64,000 bases of DNA from Cirrosporium novae-zelandiae (taxonomy: Eukaryota): positions 310,001-374,000 of the forward strand of contig JAPETS010000019.1 of assembly GCA_026023565.1 (NCBI GenBank), read 5' to 3'. The notes beneath the pieces are model-generated. The model made no database searches. It worked only from the letters and a program-made list of their open reading frames with translations, and was not told where the DNA came from. The translations under genes and the position numbers were made by a program. The number at the start of each line of letters is the position of its first letter. Positions within the stretch are counted from its first letter, which is position 1. Shown piece by piece: positions 37,775 to 50,010 of the stretch.

Positions 37775-38110
37775 AGCTTTAGTTGTAGCTTTGATAGTAG
37801 CTCAGCCGGAATCACAATGGGAGTCTCAGTCACAAGTTCAGTACAAGTCTCAATCACCCAGGACTTGACTCAGAACTTCGGTGGGAGCTTCAGTTGCAAG
37901 CCCGGTCAGAAGCTCTTTTAGATTCTCGTTTAGATTCTCGATTAGAAGCTCAGTGCAGGCCTCCAGTCAGAGCCTCAGTTAGGAATTCACTCAGGGTCGA
38001 AGTTGCAAGCTCAAGTTAGAACCTTAGTGTGAGCTTCAGTCACCATTTCGGTGCGCATTTCAATCATGACTTCAGCCAAAAAACTCAATATAAACCTCAA
38101 TCAGCCCCAG
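37775..38110 (+). repeat. Degenerate ~11-12 bp minisatellite (core CTCAGT)
   Basis: Periodic units such as GAGCTTCAGTTGCAAGCCCGGTCAG, ATTAGAAGCTCAGT and AGCCTCAGT; inverted relative at 39520-39720. Confidence 0.75.
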
Positions 38111-38636
38111 TTGAAATATAAATAAAAGATATAACAGTAACTTCGGTGAGCGAATGTATACAGAAAATGCATTTTTTATTGGTCCACCAACTCTCCTCTA
38201 GGTAACATGCGTTATAGATAGCATATGTTCTTTATAGAGTTTGTTTCAAAACGTTGTAATTTGTTGGTTGACAGCATCTTTTGTCTTTTTTGCCCCCTAT
38301 GACAGCCTCAATCTTCGGTTTTCTAGCTAGAGTACACTCCATTTGTCTCTTGTTGATATAGCAGAAAAGCCAAAGTTAGCTGTGATTCAAACGCCGAAAA
38401 CCAGAAATCAGTATTGGCAGCACATGCAAAACTTCAGAAGCCTTGACCTGCAACAAAAGACATATGACTGAGGCCAATAAACCGGTCACCTATTTAGCTA
38501 GCGATTCCCCCCCCAAGGAATCTATAAATTTGTCTCCCATTCCACTTTCCATTATTCAAATCAAAACCTTGCTAATCGTCCTTTCTTATCTCGACTACCT
38601 TCATCGACTCTAGAATCCCTAATAACTCCTTTAAAA

Positions 38637-39250
38637 ATGTCTCAAAATCTCATCCGTTCCACTCCTGAAAATCCCATCCAGGTCATTCCTGAAAATTCAA
38701 TCCATTCCATTCCTAACAGCCTTAATGTTCAATCTGTTGGCGTGGTAAGAATTGTTTGCCAAAATTGGGAGGATGTGATGCCTATAGCGCCATTCAACCT
38801 CAATCTCTGGAGTATATATCTCCTACATCAATTTGGCTCAGTCCAATTCCACATGACGCTCACTGCCGATGGCCTGAACAGCAGCTTGTTTGTCGAAAGC
38901 TCTTCATACCGGATACCGCCTAACACCATAGCACTGTGGGATTTCTATTGTCGCTTGGATACCACCGTTGGACATTTCAGGAGTGTCATTCTTGCGCAAG
39001 AGCTCGATAGATACTCCATGCCTGATTGGAGGGGTTGCCGTTGGTGGATGTCTGTAAGCCCTAAAATCTCCCTTCATACTAGTCATTAACGTGGAGTTCC
39101 AGATACATCATTATAAAAATTTGGACAGAACTTGGCTTGATGAAACCGCAAACCGTAACTGGGGAAACGATCGAATCCTTCATCAGCTTCCACTTCTCGA
39201 ACGGTAACCCTGGCAATCGACGAGATATGGTACAGGGGAACTTCTTCTAA
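38637..39250 (+). CDS. Small fungal protein (DUF7770-like, tentative), 2 exons (38637-39049, 39103-39250)
   Basis: Core NLWSIYL...SVQFHM...WDF...TTVGHF...RY...GCRWW joined through a GTCTGT...CCAG intron to IYIIIKIWTELGLM...DMVQGNFF*. Confidence 0.7.
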
Positions 39251-39254
39251 ACGA

Positions 39255-39410
39255 CAGTGAAAGGAATAGACTAAACCAAATAAACGGTCTACCCTAAACG
39301 GTCTATAGACCTTGAACCGACGACCAGACCAAGCTTTTTCATAAACCGACCAGACCTTGATTACCCAAGGCCTATCCGATGTATATAAATACGAATTATA
39401 TAGTGGGGGA
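39255..39410 (+). mobile_element. GACC-rich MITE-like element end; homolog inverted at 44975-45093
   Basis: Shares CGGTCTATAGACCTT, AAACCGACCAGACCTTGATT and TGTATATAAATACGAATTATA with the reverse complement of 44990-45093. Confidence 0.8.
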
Positions 39411-39519
39411 TATCGAAGTTCGGAATTTTTGAATTTTGGGTTTAACCTAAAGCCAAAAAGGCCCCCCCCCCCCCAACGCCCCGAATAGCCCCGAATACCC
39501 ACCCGTTGTACCCCCTGAG

Positions 39520-39815
39520 CACTGAGGCCCTGACTGAGCTTGCAACTGAAGCTCGTACTGAGCTGCAACTGAGGCTTGCATCGAGACTTCGACTGAGGCT
39601 TCCACTGAGGCCCTGACCGAACTTATGACTGAGCTTCTAATTGAGGCTTCTATTGAGGTTCGCATTAACCATTCTACTAGGTATTTTACTAAGTATTTTA
39701 TTAAAGATTTGACTAAATTTTTAATTCTAGGTACCCAATACCCCAAATCTGGCCTCGAATTCTTTGCGTATACGATTTTATATTATAGTTAGGAAGAGCT
39801 TAGGAATTGAGGACA
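39520..39815 (-). repeat. ~12-bp minisatellite (ACTGAG core) running into a dispersed repeat shared with 4050-4200
   Basis: Periodic ACTGAG units; the reverse complement contains GAGCTTCAGTTGCAAGCTCAGTCAG, matching 37885-37909. The distal part is homologous to 4061-4200. Confidence 0.8.
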
Positions 39816-41512
39816 ATAAATTGCAGAATACTCTTTGGTGGAATAAAAGAAAAATCAACACCAAAATTTCGGTTAAAACCCTGGTCTAGTGTTCATTGCT
39901 AAACGAAGGGGTGTGGTGGTGGTGGAGGAGGCGATGAGGCATCTATCATCGAGGCGTTGGACAAGGAGTCTTTCATTATGATATTGTGAAAGAGTTTCAA
40001 GGTTGAGCGTTTATATAGGCAGTTGGGGATAGAAACTAGGATTGATAGAAGCCTTAGGCAGAGGAACTAGAAATTATTGAATTGGACGAAGTGTTTATAT
40101 TGTCTAGTTGGTTGTCTTTCGTTCCTCTGTCTTTGGTTCTAGAAACCTAGGAAGTCTATATATAAAACTGGAAGGGTCAGACTAGCCTGAAAAGGATAGG
40201 CTGAGCCTGAAGCCTTAGGCATTAGAAATCAAAGCCTTGACACTAGAAAATAAACCCCCAGACCGTAGGGCTGATACCTCAGGCAGCGAAAAACGTCAAC
40301 TCTTTCACAATATCAGAATTTAATTCGGATGTTTTTTCATGTTGCCTTTTTTTTGTCTTGAGTTGTTCTGGATTTGGCTTCATCTTAAACGGAGGTGGTT
40401 GGTTCTTTCCAATTCTCTCATCATTGCTCCCCTTATTTATCGGATTGAAGTGTTGGGGAGTGTTGGTCCCCCCACAGTGGTGACCCACAAATTTTACATG
40501 AGATTCTTAGCCCACAAGAATGAATATCCTTATGTCTCTACAACGTTAAGATGCATGGATATGTGTGTGTGTGTAACTCTGCGGAGAAGTTAGATTTAAT
40601 TTTATTTTAGGCGAGAGTGTTTTGTTGGGTGTGTAACCTGTAGGACTATAGTAAAAATATCGAAACCAAATATGGCTTATAAAGGTTGCATGTTCGGATT
40701 TCTATTCAGAAGGTTCAAGTTTGGCTTCTCGGACTGTTTGGACTTTCATGCTACTTACATGGTAGTGGAGTCTTTGCGGTTGGTTGGTTGATTGGTTGAT
40801 TGATCGCTCATCTTTTGCACTGTGCGCGCGTTCGTTTCCATGCCGATGGGCAAAATAGGGTTGGTGAGATAAACTTAGGTATAAAATCGAAAGCGGAGTA
40901 AATATTCTATATTGAGAAATGGATGATAAAGTAATCAATATAGTCATAACGTAGGTAAGCAGATATTACCATGGAGGTTTTTGTAATAAGACTAAATACT
41001 AAAAAATCGATGATGGATAACATATTGTACTGCTGTACAGAACCAATGAACTTGAGATATTTAAGGAATTGTAAAACAATTTAGAAGGAGGCAGATGAAA
41101 TAAAAAGCATCCAAGTAAACGCACGGATAACCCGAGTCAATTTTAGGGGTGGGAATGTTCTTAGATCTAGATGTGTGCTATGAATGTTCTAATGAGAACC
41201 ACGTTGGCGATGTCTGATAGAAGCTGTCATATGCTTATTTTGACAAAGTTTAACACCATCCAGCTTCAATAGCCAACAAGGAATCACTGACTCAATACAG
41301 TGGGTTCCCTATCCTGCCCTCACCTAGGTTCCAGATCTAGAGACAAGCATCTTAGATTGATAGACATGTGTTGGCTTTTCAGATGGATAAAGAAACACTC
41401 GTTCATTAACATCTTCCAAGCCCATTCTCGTTGTTGATGTCTTTTAAAGCCAAAGGATTCCTGATATCCGATTTCTCAATGGATCCACGTACTATTCAAA
41501 TTTGATACCAAC

Positions 41513-42391
41513 TTATAAACTCTTGCCTTCATTTACTTCCCTGCGGTTTTGGCAAATACTTGGATCGGCTTTCCCATCTAGATTAGGGGACCGGTAGCTT
41601 TTTCGCTTGCGCTTGAGGTTCCTTTCCACCTTTGCAGCAAGCGGGCTGTCAGAGATAGCATTGCCATGATCATGATCGAATTGCGGACTGGAAAGAACGT
41701 TGGGGGTGATAGATGTTGATGGAACCGGAGAGGTGGGTTGGTTGTTGGTAAGGTGATTTCGAGAATTCGCTTGAGGAATGTTGTTGCTGACATAACACGT
41801 TTTTTCAAAGCGAACCGATTGCATAACCGAAGATGAGGAAGAGTTGGGCGCCGACGAAGGAGCGTCCATCATGCTTACATCAGATGCAGTTTCTTCCATT
41901 GAGATGTCAGAGTAAATGCGGTCTTTCGCGTCGTCTGGCAAGGCTTCATCCCTCGTCTGATCTGAGCTCTGCCCTACTACAAAGTGAGGCAGTTGTTTCC
42001 CTCCCAACTTTTGATTATTTTCTTTCTCAATATCCATGCTCTTGTTCAATAGGATGTAAACTGTTGTGGAATGATTAGTAATGTTTACATTTACTAAAAA
42101 CATAAATAAAGACCGATGAGATAGCTTAAGAAGGGAGTTGACAAATAAACTAGGAGCGATAAAGAAATATACATACAGACAGGACCAATTCTGGTTTCTA
42201 GAGGTAAATATTATGTTAGTCTCTGGGTGATAATGATGCGGTACTTCATACATCTCCGACGAAAGCTTAGCGTCCTTTTGGCCAATATCACCACTATCTA
42301 AGCCAGGTTTTGAATTGCTTATGTTGAAGTTTGCAGAGTTAATTTTACAAGCTGGCGGATTCAGGACAGACGAACTAGTAGTGTAGGCTCC
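41513..42391 (-). CDS. Hypothetical low-complexity protein, probably part of a larger multi-exon gene (limits uncertain)
   Basis: S/N/P-rich open frame 42040-41513 with a basic cluster KRKRK; further exon-like frames and splice signals upstream; no recognisable domain. Confidence 0.35.
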   Translation of the reverse strand, partial: GAYTTSSSVLNPPACKINSANFNISNSKPGLDSGDIGQKDAKLSSEMYEVPHHYHPETNIIFTSRNQNWSCLYVYFFIAPSLFVNSLLKLSHRSLFMFLVNVNITNHSTTVYILLNKSMDIEKENNQKLGGKQLPHFVVGQSSDQTRDEALPDDAKDRIYSDISMEETASDVSMMDAPSSAPNSSSSSVMQSVRFEKTCYVSNNIPQANSRNHLTNNQPTSPVPSTSITPNVLSSPQFDHDHGNAISDSPLAAKVERNLKRKRKSYRSPNLDGKADPSICQNRREVNEGKSL

Positions 42392-44833
42392 CTAAGACTT
42401 GTAAAGATAGGTTGGGTAGTCTGGTTTTAAAACATGCTATAGCGAAGAGGGATATGATAGAACAAAGGTAAGCATAGAAATAGGAAATTTTGAATAAACA
42501 TGTATGGTCTTAGGGCGGAGATTTGGGGAAACATTGTCTACATATAAGTGCCACCAGCTTGCAGAGCTTGAAATGCATCAGGCCATGCCCAGCCCAGTTT
42601 TTTATCTTTCATGGTGGCTGGAGAATGCTAGAGATATGACCCATGGCTTTAATATATTGAAATTGACAACTTGAATGAGATTTTTGTCTGTGAAGTAGCA
42701 TGGCGATTGGAAATAAACGTAACCTACCTGCTGTCATAGTTAAGCAAATTGTAGGAGAAATACTGTACACGGACCGAGCAGTCTCATAAAATGGTGCCTG
42801 TGATGTGGATTATGTGACACGTTCTCATATATACAGTGACTAGGTGGCTGCATTAGTACATCAATGCCTCAGGCACACATACCTTACTTCAACCTTGATG
42901 CATTATCAACGTTTAGCCTTTTCGAACGCTGATTTGTGGAAAAGATGAAAAGATTTTAAAAGTAGAAAATTCAGGTTATTCGTATTAGGTATGTCTTCAG
43001 ACAGGATATGGTTTTAATTCGAAAGATATTTGTGCAACATCAAATTTATTCGAGAGCAAATACCAATTGACTAAGATTATACCATATATCTAAGTGTTCT
43101 TGTTCCCTGCCAGCTCAGAACCCTTACTCATGGTACGGTCAAGTACGAGATATTCTGCCCTTGGAGTGCTGTGTGGTTGAAGAAGTCACAAAACGCTCAG
43201 CTCAGTCACCAACTAAGTTACAAATCAGATCATTACTTTTATTTCTTGAAGTACTGATGATTGCAAGGTAACATATGAATCTTTTAGCTAGTTTTCTTCT
43301 CTTTGAGCTTATCAGTATCAATTGAGAGAATTAGTTTTGAGTTTTGGTCTACGCTCATCTAATCTCTATCAACTGATAGAAGTTGACCAAGTTTATTAGA
43401 GAAAGGTATGGTCATCGATTATGTGAACTTAAGCCTTCAGGGTAAAATAAGCTGATGTAAAGTTGCTTGTTAATGAAATTTGGAGGCGGAGGTGAAGGGG
43501 CCTCGGTCTATCAGCAAGAAGAACGTGCTTCAGGTCTGTAAGGAGATGATAAGGAAGCTATTGCATGAAGGCCTCTGACCTGGGAGAAGTACTTGCCTAA
43601 TCTAGAGTAGGTACAATAGGTTATTGTCAACAGCATTCTCCCAAGATGCCTAGCGCAAATCCTCGACATGCCTACTTTATATATTAAATTAAGTTTGTTT
43701 AACTCGGCGAGAGACCAATGGCTCAATGGTAAACCGTCCAGTGCAGGACGCCGGCGACGTACTGTGATACGACAACACTGCGAGTTCGAATCCGACCCAT
43801 GTCGACAAAAAACGAAATACACCAATTTCGATCGAGACGACATACCCCGAATTCGAATCACGGTTTCGACCCGAACGACCTAGCGAACGAACGACCATCA
43901 TCAAAAATCAACATTGACCGTCGGGGGATGTCGACAGGGGGGGGGACGAACAATCCCTCTCAGGATGAGCAGGCCTGGGGTGGGATTTTCATAAGACGTC
44001 ACCATTAACTCAGACTCTGGGAGGTGGATATCTGAACTTTTTGTTATTTCAATCTTCCTAATTTTTTTTTATTAGGTAGTTCAACCATTTAACAAACGAG
44101 TACCCGGGTTGGTTATTTTTCAGTTCCAACTCAAGCTCTTCAAGCCTAAAGAAAATAAAAATTGGTCATACTCGATAAAACAATTATAAAATCGCTGGAC
44201 ACTAGTTTAAGGAAGGTTGTGAGCACCAACCAAATTACATATGGATATACATGATAAATTCCTAGAAAATAATAATCAATACTAGGCTGGTAAGAACAAA
44301 GCATATTGAGCAGCTATCCAGCTGCTATGACACTAAATCATGATGCGATGTCGTTGTGCAGTACAGTACAAATACGACGTTTCATTGAAAGATAACGCTC
44401 AGTGCACTGTACCTCCCTAAGCTAACATAGGGTCAGAAAGATTTCATATATTGCTAACAATGTTTTTCAAGGGCTAATAGAATATCCTCATGAGGGCAGT
44501 GAATCGAAACTATACTTTACAAGTATCAGTCAGCCTTGCTAGAGTTCTTCAAGTTATTATACTTATACAGTACAGTACAACGTGTCGTTTCCATGTTTAA
44601 AGATGGCTATATTTCGACTTTAAATCTCAAGCTCGGAAAATATATTCCCATTGACGTTGCTTTAGGAATAAGATGTTAACAATGGTGAGAAAGAAGCACA
44701 TGTTAATTAATGGCAAGGAGTTTCATGAATGAATGTAAGAGGTTAGTTTGGGGAAAGTTGATTTGTTCGATTTGTTTGGTTTGTTTGGTTTGTTTGGTTT
44801 GTTTGCATGCCTATCTATATCTTGGTGCCACCC

Positions 44834-45093
44834 CAGGGCAAAGGACCAGACCATTTAATCAATTTGTCTAAGAGTAGATTCACAGCATTTTATCTTATCT
44901 ATTATCACGTGGAAATAAAATACCGAGCCTCGACACCTCCCAGAAATTTCAACACCACACTCAACGCTATAAAAATATACCCCTTTATTTTATAATTCGT
45001 ATTTATATACACCAAATAGACCTTGAGCAATCAAGGTCTGGTCGGTTTAAGGTCTATAGACCGTCTATTTGGGCTGGTCTATTCACAACACTG
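44834..45093 (-). mobile_element. GACC-rich MITE-like element
   Basis: Right end GGTCTATTCACAACACTG matches the 29351 TIR; left end CAGGGCAAAGGACCAGACC; interior homologous to 39255-39410. Confidence 0.7.
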
Positions 45094-45664
45094 AAGAGGT
45101 CATCAGTTCTATCCCAAACGGCCAGACCACCTAGCTTAAATAAATCGGTAAAAAGGGAGCTGGTGGGCTGGGATTGGTTTACCGAAAAAAAGAATAGATA
45201 TAGGCATGTTTACGGACGTGGTAACAAAAAAATGATTATTTGGTGTGTGTTTTTTGGCCGGTAGGTTAGAGGAATGTATGAAAGAGAAAACGAGAAGATG
45301 GTTTCATTTGCCTTGGAACCTATGATATCATCTCGTCTTGATTGATCGCTATCGCTGCTTCTTCGTATAATCTATTTATGTGTGATCTTGGTATTTTTTC
45401 ATGCATCCAAGATAAAAAATTGATTAGGTATCCAATATGTAGCTTGGTCCCTACTGATGACTTTCATTATCATAGAACAATCTCCAAGAATACGCCAATA
45501 TTCCTGCGGATAGGCCAGATCAACGTCCCCGCAGATTCTCAGATCCAAATAGACATAGCAGAACACGAACCATCCATATCATCTGTACCAGGTAATAGCA
45601 TTAGGGCTCATAAGTTGTAATCAGCCCACTCCGACCCCCTCCTCCCCTCCCTCTTTCGATTTCG

Positions 45665-46576
45665 CTAACCCAAAGTGTTTTTGTTAGTATTCACGGTAGC
45701 AGTAGTCCTTTTCTTGCTCCAGCTCGATGGAAAGCCCCCAACAAAAAGTCCCATCTTTGGTTTATTTCCTGCCGTCGGTGCTTGATTCATCACAGTAGAC
45801 GAGGTGGTGACCTTTCCCTTATTCCCCTTGTCTGATGGGAGACGAGCCCACTTTGGAGAAGAATTTGAAGTAGTAGTAGGAGGGCGAGGAGGAATCCTAG
45901 CCATCCGCTTTATAGGTAGGGGTGGTATTTTTAAAACCCCGCCAGCACTGCCGCTAGGTAAATCATTTATTTCTTTGATCGAATGAACATCCTGTTTGCT
46001 GGAAGGTGGATTCGGACACGAGCTGCTGATATTTCTGTTTTCGTTTGCGGTAATGGGGTCGGATTTTGGAGGGGAATGTGTAACCTTTGGGGGATTATCG
46101 TTGTTGTTAGAGTCTAGTGTTAGATAGGCGAGGCGGTTTTCTATTATGTCAAGGGGTAATCTTGGTTTGCGGGTTTCAGATAAGCTTAGGTAGGTGGTAG
46201 AAGGATTGGGGCTGGTGTTGGTTCGGATTAGGGACATGGTGATTCCACTTTGTTGGTAGATTAAGTGGGATGGTTGTGAGAAGATCGTGGGTTTAGATTT
46301 AAAATACTTGAAATCACGGCTGGTTTTGTGTGTCGAGAGATAAAGTTGCACGTTTCTGCTAACACCGAGTTGTGGCAGTTTAGTCCTAGGTGGACCGGCT
46401 GGAGTGGGTGGAGGATAGGATGTTAACCAGGAGGGTAAAGGAGAAGGTGAAAGCTATGCAGGGCGAAATGATAGAGGATTCTCTGAGCTGGTAATACCAC
46501 TCAGATTCTAATCATCGTCATCAGCATTAATATTCGTAGTATCTTGGGCTTGACGCCTTTCTAGGAATGAGAGCAT
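45665..46576 (-). pseudogene. Low-complexity hypothetical ORF, interrupted upstream by two in-frame TAG codons
   Basis: The 228-codon P/S/N-rich ORF continues in frame to an ATG at 46576 across TAGs at 46510-46508 and 46456-46454. Confidence 0.35.
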
Positions 46577-47297
46577 ACCTGACTTGATTAACATATTAGT
46601 GTGAAGGTTTGGGATATTTTTATGTTGCTGCCGAGAGCCAATCACTCTACTCGGTAGATTGAGTGGCGGATTAGTTATGAAGATAAGAAATTGAATTTCC
46701 TATGATCTTGAGATGGGACAAGGTAGATGGAAGAAAGTGACGAAAGATAAATGTTTAAGAGGAGTGTCGACTTTGGAGAAAGGTGTGCCTGGATCACAAA
46801 CATTGGCAGTAGAGCGGACACAGGTGATATTTACCAATGGTAGGAAGAGAACTTTACATTTCAAAGAGCTGAAGAATCCTCAACTTCAAGGTTGGTCATC
46901 CTGTCACTGAAAAATGATATCACATTGTTATATATGTAGTTCAAGGGGTAATTAATATTCCTCTTTCTGCTATTCTTTGTTCAGCCGTCTGGATTAGATC
47001 CGCATCGCTCAGACCATGAATATTTCGCCCTTCAATAAGATTTCTATGAGACCAGTGAGTGCAATAAGATGGGCTGACAACATACTCAAACTCCGAGAAC
47101 ACCGCGCTGAAAGAGATGTCCGTCATAGCCCGAAGGCGACATGTGGACAATAAAATGAATTATCATCATCACCACGCTGAAAGGACTGCAAGTATATTCG
47201 ATGGATTCTTGCTCTAAAGCAACCAACGTTCAAACCACTTCTAACGAATTGCCAGCGAAGGAAGCTTTCGGAATAGGGTGTACCCTCCTGGAGATAT

Positions 47298-50010
47298 TCA
47301 TTTCGTCTTACTACCACCCAAGGTCAAAACCCCCCTCAAGCTTTCTACCTCGGGACTAACAGAAAAGTTGCTTTTCAGAGTCATAACACTTGCCCTCTGC
47401 CCGATATCTACCAAATCCTCGATCTTAGCTTCAGAATTCAATGCTAATCCCGCCGTTATGACACCTAGCATTGTATCTCCGGCACCGTTAACACTGACAA
47501 TCTGGTCTTCTGGGATTAATTCTGCGGGTGGGAACATGCGCATATAAATTCCTCCAATATCTTTCAGAGATTCGCTGTGGTTTCGACTCACGATGTACGG
47601 GGCTGATTCTGGAGAAGTCAAGCGCCCATCTCCAGCTCGGAGGAGCTGGGTTAATAATACACCTTCTTGACCAAGTTTGGTCAAGATGCAGGGCATGTAT
47701 GGTAGGAGTTGGATACTCTGCTGAGGAACACCAGAATCAACGAGGTCTGCACTGGTAATTCTTGCTAGAAGGTCGTGAGATCCAGCACTCGACAAATTTA
47801 AAGAATCAATGATTTGCCACCAGTCATCTTGTTCAAAATACTCAAGCTCGCGAGCAGCATCATGGATATGGAGGAGCTCCATTTTGTTTGGAGTGATTAA
47901 GTCAAGGTTATGGAATGGAGCAACTCCCAGCTTGGAGTCTTTAGTCCGGTCTCCGAGTACTCTAACAGCTTTAGCTGTCGAAACAGGCTCAAAGGCAACT
48001 CTTGCCCCTGACAATTTACCAACCCGTAGCCACTTTTGCAAAGTGAGTATATCCCAATTTCCATCTACAACCACATATGATGGCTTCTGATGTAAAAGTG
48101 ATGGCTTCCACACTTGGTCAAATGTCCCCGACAAATGTTCAATTATTTGCATGTCTGCCATACCAAGGTGAAGATTCTTCTTCGTGTCGTTGACAGCCAC
48201 ATATTGAGCGGTTCGTAGACCCGTATCTTCACTAAGAATTTCAATACCCGTTGTGCTAAGGCCTCGTTTCTTAAGGTGATTCAAGGCAACATTTCCAAAC
48301 GCATCGTCAGCTATAGCACTACATAACTGCACAGACGAGCCTGCTCGATGTGCTGCTAGCGCCAGATTATAACCGACACCTCCTACATCTTGTGTGATTA
48401 CCGCAGGATTCGATGTATGAATGACGGGTTCCTCGTTGGATTTTGATGATGTCAAGGGACTATAGTCGCAAGATAAGTCAATAGCAATGGACCCTGCAAC
48501 CACAACATCTAGCCCAGAAGAATTGGTAGAACCGAGGTCATGTATACCGTCTGGTGTTTTTTCTATAGTTGGGGGAAAATATGAATTCGCTCTATAGGGG
48601 TTCTTTTCCTCTGTGTTCACCGTTTCCTGGCGAGATTTACTATTTCACATACATTTCCATTAGTTGTTCCTATACAACAATTCACTTCAGAGCCATCTCA
48701 CCGATCGAATATAGGATCATCCTGAAGCTCTAGCTTTTCCAGTTCTACTGCAACCAAGGTTCCTCTTTTTACATTTGATGCAACCAGAACTTTGTTGGCT
48801 GACACACTCTTTCCTTCAGTAAGTTCTTTGATCTTATTGAGAATAAAAGGTGTATTTGCACTGCCTGTTATTCCGGCTTCTTCTGCTTCGTGGACTGCTT
48901 GAGCAATTACCCGATCCATATCCGGTTTAGGTATGGAGGCCTCTTCTGGAACAGGATTGGCTAGCAAAAGGCCGGAGGATACAGGGAGCTTCAATTGCGC
49001 ATCTACATAGGAAATCTTATTAGCTTATCTGAACCATTGACAATAACTATTGGTTGGAAAAACGTACGGACTATAGCAGCTGCTTCAGCTTCATTCTGAA
49101 TCGTGAAAGGGCTTCTAACTCCGCTCTCCCTTGACCAGAAGGCCGGAAAATCAACACTGCCTTCCCGACCATCGGCAAATGTACCAACACCCACTCCTTG
49201 GGTTTCAAGGTATTCAAGAGTGCGAGGGATATCGAGGAAGCTCTTGCATCCACTACTAATGACAGCTACAGGAGTTCTCCCAAGCTCGACGAGATCAGCA
49301 GATACATCCATGCTGGTCTCCCCTCCTTTGTGGACACCTCCTACAGGTCGAACTTGTTAGCTATTGAATCTAGAAACCGTTAAGGGCTTCCTACCAAGGC
49401 CCCCAGTAGCAAATATCTTAATGCCAGCCAAATGAGCCAACAATGCAGTACCTGCAATTGTAGTTCCTCCATTGAGTTTCTTATCTCTCACGCTCTGAGG
49501 GACTATTAGTATTCAAACAGATATGGAACAAATAGAAAAAGCCAAACAGTACCGACCCACAAGCAAATGCAAGATCACGTCTAGAAATCTTGCGGGTATT
49601 TTTGTTGCCTGCGGATTCTGTAAGCCTGATCAAGTCTTCAGTCTCCATTCCAACCCTTGCAACTCCATCTAGGACCCCTATTGTAGCTGGTATTCCACCA
49701 TTAACTCGGACAACAGATTCCAAGAGAGATGCTAGAGCAACGTTCTCCGGATAAGGGAAGCCTATAGAGATAATAAGCAAACCTCTTGTTGCGCAACGTT
49801 TCCAATCAATTTACCATGGGTATATATCGTAGTTTCAAGAGCAACGACAGGCTTTCCACTCCGCAGCGCATCTTGAACCTCATCCAAGACCTTAAGAAAT
49901 CGATTATTAGTGGTTAGATGTCGTCGCTGAGCAATATTTTGAACTTTTGATAGACATATTGCAGAGCGCCCTGTATGCCTAAGCAATGCAGGCCTCAATG
50001 CCCAAGCCAT
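47298..50010 (-). CDS. Bifunctional pseudouridine-5'-phosphate glycosidase (PsuG/IdgA) and PfkB-family pseudouridine kinase, multi-exon
   Basis: KPVVALETTIYTHGFPYP, GGTTIAGT, FATGGLGGVHKGG, DVSADLVELGRTP, LLANPVP, NTPFIL; PfkB part GGVGYN...VSVNGAGDT. Confidence 0.95.

Noticed and set aside
37775..39720. Periodic arrays as a CRISPR-like array or as coding repeats (ORF 39447-39746)
   Set aside because: Units are contiguous, about 12 bp and degenerate with no unique spacers; the 4-residue periodic ORF is a by-product of the repeat.
27500..46700. Intact Starship or autonomous transposon
   Set aside because: No tyrosine recombinase, transposase or reverse transcriptase ORF is visible in the window.
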